From: Planctomycetota bacterium
Lineage (GTDB): Bacteria > Planctomycetota > SZUA-567 > H5-PLA8
Length of the DNA: 40,546 nucleotides
NCBI GenBank assembly: GCA_043801885.1
Contig: JAZDLP010000087.1
Span: 1-40,546, forward strand
Direction: 5' to 3'
In this document: positions 14,624 through 23,209 of the stretch, in pieces
Layout of the letters: each line of letters begins with the position of its first letter
How positions within the stretch are numbered: the first letter of the stretch is position 1
Made by a program: the position numbers and the translations under genes
Notes under the pieces: model-generated
What the model was told of the DNA's origin: nothing
The model's input: only the letters and a program-made list of their open reading frames with translations
Database searches by the model: none

Positions 14624-14854
14624 TTACTTGCCCTGCGCCCGATCCATCGCTTGTTTTGTCGCGATACTATTCAACCCTGCACCGCCGACTACAGACACAC
14701 CAACCGTCAACATCGTCTTCACAAGTTCAAACGCGTTCGGGTCAAGGGCTTTGCCAAACAGCGAAGCCCCCACCGTGACCAGTACTGCCAACACGCCGCC
14801 AAGTCCGAATCCCAACAGGACGACCTGCGGGGCTTTGTCAAGAATAGTACTCAT
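14624..14854 (-). CDS. holin-like small membrane protein (76 aa, 2 TM, charged C-terminus)
   Basis: ATG at 14854 is preceded by GGAGGA. TM segments VVLLGFGLGGVLAVLVTVGASLF and TMLTVGVSVVGGAGL, with tail KQAMDRAQGK. It is the last gene of the late operon. Confidence 0.5.
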   Translation of the reverse strand: MSTILDKAPQVVLLGFGLGGVLAVLVTVGASLFGKALDPNAFELVKTMLTVGVSVVGGAGLNSIATKQAMDRAQGK

Positions 14855-14956
14855 AGCCATTTCCTCCATGGTGAATCGATTGTACTCGCCGCGCAGACCG
14901 CGACGAGTCCGAACACTTGGAACGCGAACCATCCCCTATGACAAGTCCGTCCCAGT

Positions 14957-15295
14957 TTAGGTCAAGCAATTTTCAATCTCCCCGCTAATCAATTCGTCCA
15001 TTCCGAAATAGACCCGTTTCCCTAACGCCCACGCCAATTGCACCTCGGCGTTTGCTCCGAATGATTCGCCGGGTAGTCGCAGCACTACATCACACGCGGC
15101 GAGCCATTCATTATCCAGCGCGTACCAAAACTTGATTTTGTGCGGCAACACCAAGTGCCAGAAATGGGTAAGGTGGGGCACGAACGGAGTAAATCCGCGG
15201 ATCGCCAACTCATCTGCTGTCTCAATTGCTTTCCGCACATTCAGCACGGCATCGCCGTGAGTGTAGGGTGCGGCAATGTAAACCTTGGTTTTCAT
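14957..15295 (-). CDS. DUF1937-like / nucleoside 2-deoxyribosyltransferase-fold protein
   Basis: The N-terminal VYIAAPYTHGD plus CDVVLRLPGESFGANAEVQLA matches the YLASPYSH...W..S.G...E pattern that I recall for DUF1937/DUF4406. Confidence 0.55.
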   Translation of the reverse strand: MKTKVYIAAPYTHGDAVLNVRKAIETADELAIRGFTPFVPHLTHFWHLVLPHKIKFWYALDNEWLAACDVVLRLPGESFGANAEVQLAWALGKRVYFGMDELISGEIENCLT

Positions 15296-15363
15296 CTATC
15301 ACTCCCGGTGGTAGAGTTATCACGAGTGGTGGTAACTTTCACTTTTCGTTGTGTTACCGCGAA

Positions 15364-15588
15364 TTAAACTTCAATCCAGTAAACGATATGCCGGCATTTC
15401 TGATTCGCCACATTCAGCCCCGGTACTGACGCCGAACGCAATTGTCCCAGGTCGGCGTAGTGGTGAATAATTTGCATCGCCCGATCCTCTGAAATTCCAA
15501 GCCGCCGCGCGATCTGAACCGTTCTCTCTGCACCTTCTTTGTCGCCGGCTATCGGCGGGATTTCGACTTGCTTTTTCCTCTTTGCCAT
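15364..15588 (-). CDS. small putative DNA-binding (HTH-like) protein
   Basis: ATG at 15588 is preceded by GGGGAG. Basic N-terminus, then TVQIARRLGISEDRAMQII, which looks like a helix-turn-helix. Confidence 0.45.
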   Translation of the reverse strand: MAKRKKQVEIPPIAGDKEGAERTVQIARRLGISEDRAMQIIHHYADLGQLRSASVPGLNVANQKCRHIVYWIEV

Positions 15589-16421
15589 TGTTCTCCCCAC
15601 AGTGTTAAGCCATCGGATAGTAGCTCAGGTATGAATCCATCTCTGGATTTGTGAAGAATCAGCGCACCGTTCCTCATCTTGGGTCGCGTAGTGTCGCGGC
15701 GCATATAGTACGCCAATCGTTCTGTGTCTACGCAATACCCAATCTCTAAGCCCCAATGCCGCCCGTCGGCAGTCTGTTGCATTCCAACCAGGTGATTATG
15801 CGCCATCGCGACGTTGCAGTTGTTTGCCGTTGCGATTGCCTTCGCCGCGTTTGCGGGGACCGTGTTGGTTGCTTTGGGATGAACAATGCGCCAGCGATCC
15901 TCGCCCTCGCCGACCCAGCAATAGAAGTAATCGCTCGCCTTGACCTTGCGCTCAAATTCCGCCGCGAGTTTCGGCGGAATGACTAGCCGTGTCATTTTGT
16001 CCGCGCCGATGAATCTGTCCAACGTAATCTGTGGTCGGCGGTCGTGATTGCCTGCGATGTAAAAGATTCGCTCAAAGGGTCGGATGAACGATTCGATGTG
16101 TTGCTCGATTTGCTCGATCTCTTCATCGGTGTCTTTTTCACTCTCGAAAAAGTGCGCCAACGATCCCCAGTGAAACCAATCGCCCGCGAAGATTGCGGCA
16201 CGAATCCCGTACCCTAGCGCGCGTTCGATGCAACGATTCACAAACGCCGCGTTGTGTAGCGGAATCTCGACATCGGGCAGAATCAGACAGGATTCGTCAA
16301 GACAAAGTGCGTCTAGGAACTTCGGTGCCGGGCTTTCAGGAACGCGCAGTGCATCGGAAATCCTCACGGCTTGCCCCCTATTCGATTTTGAATGTACGGT
16401 ATTATCTCGTCTATTTCGCAT
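15549..16421 (-). CDS. calcineurin-like metallophosphoesterase
   Basis: Motifs PDVEIPLH (DxH-like), FAGDWFHW (GD), IAGNHDRR (GNHD) and AMAHNH. The start is uncertain (ATG at 16421 or a downstream GTG). Confidence 0.75.
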   Translation of the reverse strand: MRNRRDNTVHSKSNRGQAVRISDALRVPESPAPKFLDALCLDESCLILPDVEIPLHNAAFVNRCIERALGYGIRAAIFAGDWFHWGSLAHFFESEKDTDEEIEQIEQHIESFIRPFERIFYIAGNHDRRPQITLDRFIGADKMTRLVIPPKLAAEFERKVKASDYFYCWVGEGEDRWRIVHPKATNTVPANAAKAIATANNCNVAMAHNHLVGMQQTADGRHWGLEIGYCVDTERLAYYMRRDTTRPKMRNGALILHKSRDGFIPELLSDGLTLWGEQWQRGKSKSKSRR

Positions 16422-16566
16422 CCTTTGCTCTGCAGAGCGCAGCGCGGGCATCCGCCTCAATCAGCGCGATCGTCTGCCCCGCGTCAGCGTAGTACGACCA
16501 TAGCCACGCGCGGAGATCCGCAAGTGCATCCATGATGAAATGCCAAAAAGGCGAGTGGTGCATCAT
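16411..16566 (-). CDS. possible small protein (51 aa)
   Basis: Not in the track. The ATG forms an ATGA overlap with the XhlA-like stop. The frame is open to TAG at 16413..16411. Confidence 0.3.
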   Translation of the reverse strand: MMHHSPFWHFIMDALADLRAWLWSYYADAGQTIALIEADARAALCRAKDAK

Positions 16567-16868
16567 CGCCTCAGGAGTGTTTCAAGTGGCGTACCGAAAA
16601 TCAACAGAATCCATCCGATGCCGCCGATGGCAAGGATAAATGTCAAAATGACGGGGTAGACCAGGCGGTCAATTTTCTTGTCAACGCCTTTTTTCCATTC
16701 AAGCAGATCGTGAATATCGCGCGTAATGCCGTCATCCCCTTTTTCGCCAAAGAGGACGCGCGCGGATTGCTTGACTGCCTCGTTTGTTTCGCGCACTTCG
16801 ATTGTCAACGCCTTAACACTGGCAATGAGTTCAATAATCTCACGCTCGGAAACTTCAGCAAGGGGCAT
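16563..16868 (-). CDS. XhlA-like membrane-anchored protein (lysis-associated?)
   Basis: N-terminal coiled-coil-like region plus a single C-terminal TM (LVYPVILTFILAIGGIGWILLIF). The architecture recalls PBSX XhlA. SD is GGAG. Confidence 0.4.
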   Translation of the reverse strand: MPLAEVSEREIIELIASVKALTIEVRETNEAVKQSARVLFGEKGDDGITRDIHDLLEWKKGVDKKIDRLVYPVILTFILAIGGIGWILLIFGTPLETLLRR

Positions 16869-16934
16869 TCGATTCTCCGGTTACAGTGAAATGTTTACCA
16901 CGCTGTTTTGTCGTACACCCTATTCATTTTGTCC

Positions 16935-18218
16935 TCACATAAAGAAGAAGATCGGCGCACGCGCTGCCGTGCTATACACCGCCGCCAGCACCGGGCGATT
17001 TCCCGGTGTTGCATCGTTGGCCGATCGTATCGGTGCATATTCATAAGGACCCACTGGCTGTGTGGCGGCAATGTCTCTACTGCTGATTAGGGAATAGTAA
17101 GTAATTCCCGTTTTATTGATGTATGCTGTATTCAGGTTCCCGCTGGTGTACCGGGTGTTATTTGCCAATGCCAATGAATTTTGCCAGATGTTATCGTCGG
17201 CTGTTCCGGCAAGGCAATTGTCATACGCGGCTTCACGGTTGCCCGCCGCGAGCGGGTCTTGAGCGCTCCAGTCCTGCTTGATAATTACAATATCGAAATT
17301 CACGCCGCTGACTTCGAGAGTTCCGGTGGTCAATTTCCAGTTGACTTGCGTCACTGTGTTGCCGCCGCCAATCGAGGATGTATCCACTTTCAAGAATGAG
17401 CGGTCACATTCATAGAGGAGGGTCTGTCCGACATACAAAAGCGCTCCGCCAAAGAGACCGGTAGAGGTGGAACGTGCTGTTGCATAGGTTCCGCTTTGTC
17501 CATAAACTGCGTCATCTGCGGTATCGCTAGTGAAATCAGGGTCAATCGCCACCGGGAATTTTGCGTTCGCCAATGCCGCCAGCGGAACACCGGTGAAAAT
17601 GATTTGCTTCCCTGCCGCCTGCCGCGTGATGCGTTTCGCTAGCAGTCGCTTGCCGTTTGCATCCGTCACAGTTGGCGGTGGAAACCGATACCCTGCGCTC
17701 TGAAAATCTTGCAAGTCGCCATCGCCGAATGGGTCGCTAACCAACGTCTCAAACACCAACCAGTCATTCGCTTTTCCTGATGGCATAGATGCGACAATCA
17801 TCTCGCTACATGCGCCATGCTCCGTTAGTCGCATTCGGTGCTCAAAAATCCCTGATGAGCGAACAATAGAGTCGCCATCGATCTTGCCATCCGGCAACGT
17901 TGCCAACGGCGAAAACGCGCGCGTCCCCGGCGTGAATAGTCCAATCCGCTTTGTTTGCTGCGCGTGTGTGCCAGCACGAATCGATCCATCCGCGCGAAAG
18001 AAGATCGGAATGCCGGGGGCAGAGAACTCCGCGCCAACTGGCTTGAGCGCGGTGTCAATCGGTTGCCACTCGTTCGCCGTGTCGAGATAGTGACACGGCT
18101 TGCCGACAAAATCCGCTTGAACCAATCCGTCAGGTCGCGTGAAATGGATGCCATATCGAGCGCGTTTCGCCACCGGCAAGCCGATGAGTTGTTCTTGGTG
18201 GGATGCCCAGTTAGCCAT
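16935..18218 (-). CDS. virion-associated/fibre-region protein of unknown function (427 aa)
   Basis: Assigned by position after the fibre-like genes. The segment YECDRSFLKVDTSSIGGGNTVTQVNWKL recalls DNRLRE/CBM96-type carbohydrate-binding domains (weak, memory only). Confidence 0.6.
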   Translation of the reverse strand: MANWASHQEQLIGLPVAKRARYGIHFTRPDGLVQADFVGKPCHYLDTANEWQPIDTALKPVGAEFSAPGIPIFFRADGSIRAGTHAQQTKRIGLFTPGTRAFSPLATLPDGKIDGDSIVRSSGIFEHRMRLTEHGACSEMIVASMPSGKANDWLVFETLVSDPFGDGDLQDFQSAGYRFPPPTVTDANGKRLLAKRITRQAAGKQIIFTGVPLAALANAKFPVAIDPDFTSDTADDAVYGQSGTYATARSTSTGLFGGALLYVGQTLLYECDRSFLKVDTSSIGGGNTVTQVNWKLTTGTLEVSGVNFDIVIIKQDWSAQDPLAAGNREAAYDNCLAGTADDNIWQNSLALANNTRYTSGNLNTAYINKTGITYYSLISSRDIAATQPVGPYEYAPIRSANDATPGNRPVLAAVYSTAARAPIFFFM

Positions 18219-18237
18219 TATATATTCTGCCCCAGAA

Positions 18238-18387
18238 TCAGATTACATTCTGCCATTTTCCCCGTGCCTTTCCGTCCCCATGTTTCAGTCTTCTTATGAC
18301 ATTCCTTATCCAGTATCGAATACTGTGACTACCCTTTTTGTAAAACATCTTGCCGCATTGCCTGCACGTCTTAGTTAGACCATCCAT
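18238..18387 (-). CDS. possible small basic CxxC protein (49 aa)
   Basis: ATG at 18387 lies 1 nt after the upstream stop. Translation begins MDGLTKTCRQCGKMFYKKG... Confidence 0.3.
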   Translation of the reverse strand: MDGLTKTCRQCGKMFYKKGSHSIRYWIRNVIRRLKHGDGKARGKWQNVI

Positions 18388-18388
18388 A

Positions 18389-19231
18389 TCAGATCGCCTG
18401 TCCCAAAACGTAGCCGTCGAACGTATTCGCCGCCGTTGCGACAAACCCGAACGTATCCGCTTTGTTGATCGTCGTCGTCAGGGTCGGCGCGCTTCCGCCC
18501 GCCCAACTGATTGTCGTAAACCACGTAACTGTTCGCGTCCCCGTTCCATCCTGTGTGAGTTTGAGGACAAACTTCATTCCCGCGACCACGTTGGAGAGCG
18601 CGAGCGTGCGGTTGCCGCCCAGCGTGACCTTCTGCCAAAGCCCCGTTGCCAGATTGAATGTTACCGTTGCCTCATCAGTCGCGGCGACATAGTCCTGGAA
18701 AGGCGTCGCGTATTTCACGCCTGCCGTTTGCGATGAGTCAGCCACGAGCGCAAGCCCATTCGTTCCCACCGCGACGCGCACCGGCGTTGACGCTCCACTT
18801 GCCGCGTAGACATCGCCTTTGGTCGTTAGTGTTGCCTTTTGCGCGTACTGCGTGTGATCATCTGCTGCCAATCCTGACAACGAGCCGTGATAGGTTATAC
18901 CGCTGTCTGCGTTCCATCCTGATTCAGAATCGTAAACGAGGGATGCGCCTGCCGCCAGCGTGGCTTTGCGAATGATTCGCAGGGTTGTGTTATCATTGTA
19001 CTGGACATAGACTGTCGCGTTGACCGTATCAGCATTGTAGATTTCAACATGCCGCACCAGTCCTGCGGCTGCCGCGCACAGGTCAACCGCCGTCGCGTTG
19101 TTGCTCACGCCATTGGTTGCAGTAACGGCATCGGCGGTCGTGATGGTCGTCGCGATAAACGGCAGTTGATTTGTCGTGACCGCGCCGCCGAGATAAAATT
19201 GAAGTTTCTGATTCGTGGAAACGTAAATCAT
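18389..19231 (-). CDS. tail fibre-like protein
   Basis: The motif LSGLAADDHTQYAQK is common in phage fibre proteins (memory). The sequence is Thr/Ala/Gly-rich and looks beta-rich. Its position also fits. Confidence 0.55.
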   Translation of the reverse strand: MIYVSTNQKLQFYLGGAVTTNQLPFIATTITTADAVTATNGVSNNATAVDLCAAAAGLVRHVEIYNADTVNATVYVQYNDNTTLRIIRKATLAAGASLVYDSESGWNADSGITYHGSLSGLAADDHTQYAQKATLTTKGDVYAASGASTPVRVAVGTNGLALVADSSQTAGVKYATPFQDYVAATDEATVTFNLATGLWQKVTLGGNRTLALSNVVAGMKFVLKLTQDGTGTRTVTWFTTISWAGGSAPTLTTTINKADTFGFVATAANTFDGYVLGQAI

Positions 19232-19232
19232 T

Positions 19233-19583
19233 TTACACTCCCGCCCAAGTTTTCCATCGGGCTGTGCGTGCCGAAATATCTGTAATCATCTTCGCGGTCA
19301 ATGTCAGGCGAACATCGTCGCCAACGATGATCGTCCGCGCCGATGTTCCCTCTTGCTGCCGTGTGATCGTCAGCGTGTCCGTTGAGATAACCGTCACGCG
19401 CACGATTTCCGCGTTCGCGGCATCCGGCTCGACGCCGGACGGCTTGACCGTCATACTGAACGGCGCGGCGGGCAACGTTGCGCCTTGCCCCGCCGTGAGG
19501 ACGAGTGATGTTCCGCTGGTCGCGGGACTGGGCGCGGTGGCAACCGTGCATAAAATGAAATTGGCGACTGCATCAAGTGCCAT
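19233..19583 (-). CDS. tail/baseplate-associated small protein (116 aa)
   Basis: ORF track; assigned by position. AEIVRVTVISTDTLTITRQQEGTSA resembles a motif common upstream of phage fibre genes. Confidence 0.5.
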   Translation of the reverse strand: MALDAVANFILCTVATAPSPATSGTSLVLTAGQGATLPAAPFSMTVKPSGVEPDAANAEIVRVTVISTDTLTITRQQEGTSARTIIVGDDVRLTLTAKMITDISARTARWKTWAGV

Positions 19584-19586
19584 CAG

Positions 19587-19805
19587 TTATTTCTCCTCGT
19601 GCGTGTGCGCGGGTTGCGCGTGCGCGTAGTCCCACATGTCGGCGCGGACCGTGTCTAGTTTCTCGCGCGCTTCGATAACGCCGATCCCGTGCACCGTCCA
19701 TTGCGCGGGCTTGTCGTTTGCGAATTCGACGTGAATCCAGACCCGTCCATCGTCCGGCGGATTCTCGCCGCGTGCGGTTGCCGCAATCGTTTCGTCAATG
19801 GTCAT
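19587..19805 (-). CDS. hypothetical protein (72 aa)
   Basis: ATG at 19805 is preceded by GAGGATGAA. Confidence 0.5.
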   Translation of the reverse strand: MTIDETIAATARGENPPDDGRVWIHVEFANDKPAQWTVHGIGVIEAREKLDTVRADMWDYAHAQPAHTHEEK

Positions 19806-19942
19806 TTCATCCTCAGCGCAATGATGGCATAATAGATTGCTGAAAAAACTAACCAATCTGCCATCCAGTACTTTTGAGTCACTTGCATTGCAATCGCCAA
19901 GATCATCAACAGTACTGAACCCGCCACCAAAATCTTGTCCAT
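19802..19942 (-). CDS. micro membrane protein (46 aa, 2 TM)
   Basis: Not in the track. ATG at 19942 is preceded by AAAGGA. The stop forms ATGA with the next gene. Translation: MDKILVAGSVLLMILAIAMQVTQKYWMADWLVFSAIYYAIIALRMK. Confidence 0.45.
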   Translation of the reverse strand: MDKILVAGSVLLMILAIAMQVTQKYWMADWLVFSAIYYAIIALRMK

Positions 19943-19955
19943 ACGATTGTCCTTT

Positions 19956-22367
19956 CTACGCAACGGTAATCAACTGCGTCGTCATCAGTGAGCGTACTGT
20001 TGCGACGACCGTTCCCTGACCGCCGGTGCAGGAGAACACCAGTGTATGCGCCTGCCGCAATCCGCCCGCGGCATTAACAATGTATGTCGTCACGTCCAAG
20101 ACCACATTCGCCGCGCCGCCGGCGTTTTGCCAAGTCCCGCCGAGCGCGGTTGTGCGGTCAATGCCGTCAATCGCGAGCGAAATAGTTGTCGGGTACGCCG
20201 TGTCGTCGTAAATACCGTAAGTGATCGTCGTGCCGTGCGAGTGATCGGAAACGGTATGGGTATGATCGGCGACTGTGTGCGTATGCGCTGAAATTGAGAC
20301 TGTGTGCGTGTGGTCGCTGACGGTATGTGAATGTCCCGAACCCACATCGTAACCGGTGCTTTTGAATCCACTTGCCCCGCTTCCCCAGTAAAGCGTGCCG
20401 GGTGATCCCGGATTGGCTGTAACGGGATCAGAGCCAGTCCCATTGGAAATAGTGAATGTATGATAATGATTTCCGCCCGTGGATGTGGTTTGCCCGCCGC
20501 CACTCGAGCTTGTTGGCGTCTGTCCGCCGCTACTACTCGACGTTTGTCCGCCGCCGCTGCTTGATGTTTGCCCGCCGCCAGCCGCGACGCTCGTCGCCGT
20601 GATCGTCGAACGAAGCGGGCGCGTCTGCAAACGAACTTTGCACGAATTAAGATAGAGAACACGCGAATCAATTTCGACGGGCAGCGTGACCGTGTGACTT
20701 GGCGCAAGTTCCTCGCGGTACACAAATGTTTCAGCCGACGGATATGGCTGCACGAATGTCTGCATGACCTTGACCGCTTGCAATGCGCCGATGACGATTG
20801 CCGCGTCGTCAATCTGCCGCCGCCCCAAGTTGGAGAGCAGTAGCACCGTCTGCGCCGATCCGCTGGCGTCAAACGTGTCCGTCCGCTCCATCACGTAGAA
20901 CAGGTCGTTGATGTCCGCCCATTTGAACGCTGCGCCGCGCTGCGTGACGACCCCGCGGTATTCCAATCGAATCTTATCGCCGCATTTGACCGACCACGCG
21001 ACCTGTCGCGCGGTGACGTTGTAGATCAGGTGTGCGTCTTTGTACCATTGCAGGTATGCCGACGCCTTGTCGTAAAGCGCGTTCGCTCCATTGATAATAT
21101 CCGCATCGCTATTCGATAGCGGGTTAATGTCGGTAAACGGAAGAACTTTAACGCGTGTTCCATTCGTCGCCACGCTTGCCGCGTCGGCGAGATACCAATA
21201 CGAACTACTGTCTGGATTTGTGCCAGTCTGGATCGTGTACGGCGTTGTGCGCGTGCTGGTCTGGAGCGTCAGTGCGCCTAGTCCCTGACCGCCGCCCAGG
21301 GGAACAATCGTATTCCAGATTTCATCCGTGTCGGTGACTTCCTCGATGCTCTCCGCAATGCCGGCGAGTGTGTTCGCGTTCAGGTCGCTCGTCATCAGTT
21401 GCGGCATAACCAACCGCTTGCCGCTGTCTACGCCCATTGCGCCAAAGTCCAGCGTCCGCGCGGTTGCCCCTTCGCGGAAGTGGAGTTTCATCCGCGAGCC
21501 AATCGCCGCAATCGCCTCGAAGATGGATTGCCCCTCGTATGCTACCGTGATATTCCCAAGTGAGCCGTCGATTGTTCCGGGCGTCCATCCTGTTCCGTAG
21601 AGCAGTCCGTAGAGATTGCCGCTCACGTTCGCAACGGAGAGCACCGTCGATACCGCGATGTTATTATACTGTCGCCGCAGATAAGTGTTGGCGAAAACCA
21701 ACTCCTGCATCAGCGACCAGCCCTCGTAGCGGATCTCGGTCTGGCTGACCGATTTCGTCGGCTTGCGGAGAATGTATTCGCCGATGTAGCCATTCGTTTT
21801 GTGGTACGCCTTGACGTGGACCCCGCCGACGAGATTCGCGGTCATCGGGTCTGTCGCGGGAACAGAGAACGAGAGCGAACCGATCTGGTCAAGCGCGAAT
21901 CGAACGTTAATGCCTCGTGCCGTGAACAGTCCGCCGAGCGCGGTCCCGCCCGAACTGAACAGGTCGAGTCGCAGCGCGCCGACGGAGATCGTCTCGTAGT
22001 CGGCTTTGATGAGATAGCCGACGACACTAGCCGTTACATAGAGTGTGGGTTCGGCAACCGCGCGCACGGACGCAGTAAGCGATTTGACGACCTGTGCCTG
22101 CGCGGCGACGCTTGCCGTAACCGTTCGCGTGTATTGTGCTTGCGCCGCGACGCTTGCGGTTAACTGACGCGTGAATTGCGCCTGTGCCGCGACGCTCGCG
22201 GTAATGGTGAGTGTTACCGCTACCGCTGCCGCAACGCTTGCGGTCAGTGATTTTGTTAATGTGCCTTTGGCTGCTACGGACGCCGTGAGAGACTTAACGA
22301 CAGTGACTTTACCGCCGCTTGTGCCGCCGTAGTACGTCGAGCCAAAATACCCGCCGCCATACGCCAT
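19956..22367 (-). CDS. large tail tip protein (Tal-like) with N-terminal TASVAA repeats, G/S/T/Q linker and C-terminal HxH repeats
   Basis: 803 aa, positioned after Dit-like and small tail genes. The repeats were read in the translation. Confidence 0.7.
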   Translation of the reverse strand: MAYGGGYFGSTYYGGTSGGKVTVVKSLTASVAAKGTLTKSLTASVAAAVAVTLTITASVAAQAQFTRQLTASVAAQAQYTRTVTASVAAQAQVVKSLTASVRAVAEPTLYVTASVVGYLIKADYETISVGALRLDLFSSGGTALGGLFTARGINVRFALDQIGSLSFSVPATDPMTANLVGGVHVKAYHKTNGYIGEYILRKPTKSVSQTEIRYEGWSLMQELVFANTYLRRQYNNIAVSTVLSVANVSGNLYGLLYGTGWTPGTIDGSLGNITVAYEGQSIFEAIAAIGSRMKLHFREGATARTLDFGAMGVDSGKRLVMPQLMTSDLNANTLAGIAESIEEVTDTDEIWNTIVPLGGGQGLGALTLQTSTRTTPYTIQTGTNPDSSSYWYLADAASVATNGTRVKVLPFTDINPLSNSDADIINGANALYDKASAYLQWYKDAHLIYNVTARQVAWSVKCGDKIRLEYRGVVTQRGAAFKWADINDLFYVMERTDTFDASGSAQTVLLLSNLGRRQIDDAAIVIGALQAVKVMQTFVQPYPSAETFVYREELAPSHTVTLPVEIDSRVLYLNSCKVRLQTRPLRSTITATSVAAGGGQTSSSGGGQTSSSSGGQTPTSSSGGGQTTSTGGNHYHTFTISNGTGSDPVTANPGSPGTLYWGSGASGFKSTGYDVGSGHSHTVSDHTHTVSISAHTHTVADHTHTVSDHSHGTTITYGIYDDTAYPTTISLAIDGIDRTTALGGTWQNAGGAANVVLDVTTYIVNAAGGLRQAHTLVFSCTGGQGTVVATVRSLMTTQLITVA

Positions 22368-22370
22368 CGG

Positions 22371-22697
22371 TTAACCCTCCAGCGTATTATGCTCTGTCGC
22401 GTTTCCTTGCGGGTCGATGAATAGGTATTTCTCTTTGCCATCCTTTTTTCGATAGCCCAGGATGTGAAATAAAACCTCGTCGGATGATTCATTCAAGCCG
22501 ACGACGCGAACGCGACGACGCCGAGCGAAGGGTTCCGCGCCGCGCGGAATACTGAATCGAAATTCCCTACCCTCGGCGTCAACAAACGCAATCGCCGTGA
22601 CAGGTTTCTCGATACTTGCCGTGAGAAAATTCGATTCGTGTCCGTCCTTGATTTGGTCGAGTACGGTTTTGTCTGAATAGATGATGCGCCAGTCCAT
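22371..22697 (-). CDS. tail-associated hypothetical protein (108 aa)
   Basis: ORF track; tight spacing within the tail module. Confidence 0.55.
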   Translation of the reverse strand: MDWRIIYSDKTVLDQIKDGHESNFLTASIEKPVTAIAFVDAEGREFRFSIPRGAEPFARRRRVRVVGLNESSDEVLFHILGYRKKDGKEKYLFIDPQGNATEHNTLEG

Positions 22698-22699
22698 TG

Positions 22700-23200
22700 T
22701 TAAATCTCATCGTATCTGAAATAATAGGTACGCCCAGTGCTAACACCCGGCGATGCCGTGCTCGCCATCAGGAGTTGCGCGACGACGAACTGACCAAAAT
22801 CGCCCGTCGTTGGATTCGATATGCTGCCGGTCAACGAGAGAGGCGCGCCCGTGGTATAGGTATAGAGATCGGTTGCGCCGGCGAGGATCGAAGCCCCATT
22901 TGCTACCGGGTCAACATACGTATCCGACGCCTTGCCCTTGACTGTGATGCCGGTCGCCCACGCCACGCCGTCAGAGTAGAATTTGAGGTTGTCGATGATG
23001 CTGGCGGGGGAGGTAGTCGCGTAGAGACGCAAATTCTTCAGCCACGAGTAGTTTGTGCCCGCCGCTGGAATGACCACCGGATTCGCCGTGTCGCCAGTGT
23101 CTACATCGGAAAGACGGAAACGCACGTCCGCGCTCGTTATATCCGCGCCACTACCCGCGCCCGCGCCATGCCAGGAATAAACCTTCACGTTGGCTGACAT
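22700..23200 (-). CDS. tail-associated hypothetical protein (166 aa)
   Basis: ORF track; tight spacing within the tail module. Confidence 0.6.
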   Translation of the reverse strand: MSANVKVYSWHGAGAGSGADITSADVRFRLSDVDTGDTANPVVIPAAGTNYSWLKNLRLYATTSPASIIDNLKFYSDGVAWATGITVKGKASDTYVDPVANGASILAGATDLYTYTTGAPLSLTGSISNPTTGDFGQFVVAQLLMASTASPGVSTGRTYYFRYDEI

Positions 23201-23209
23201 AATTCACCT

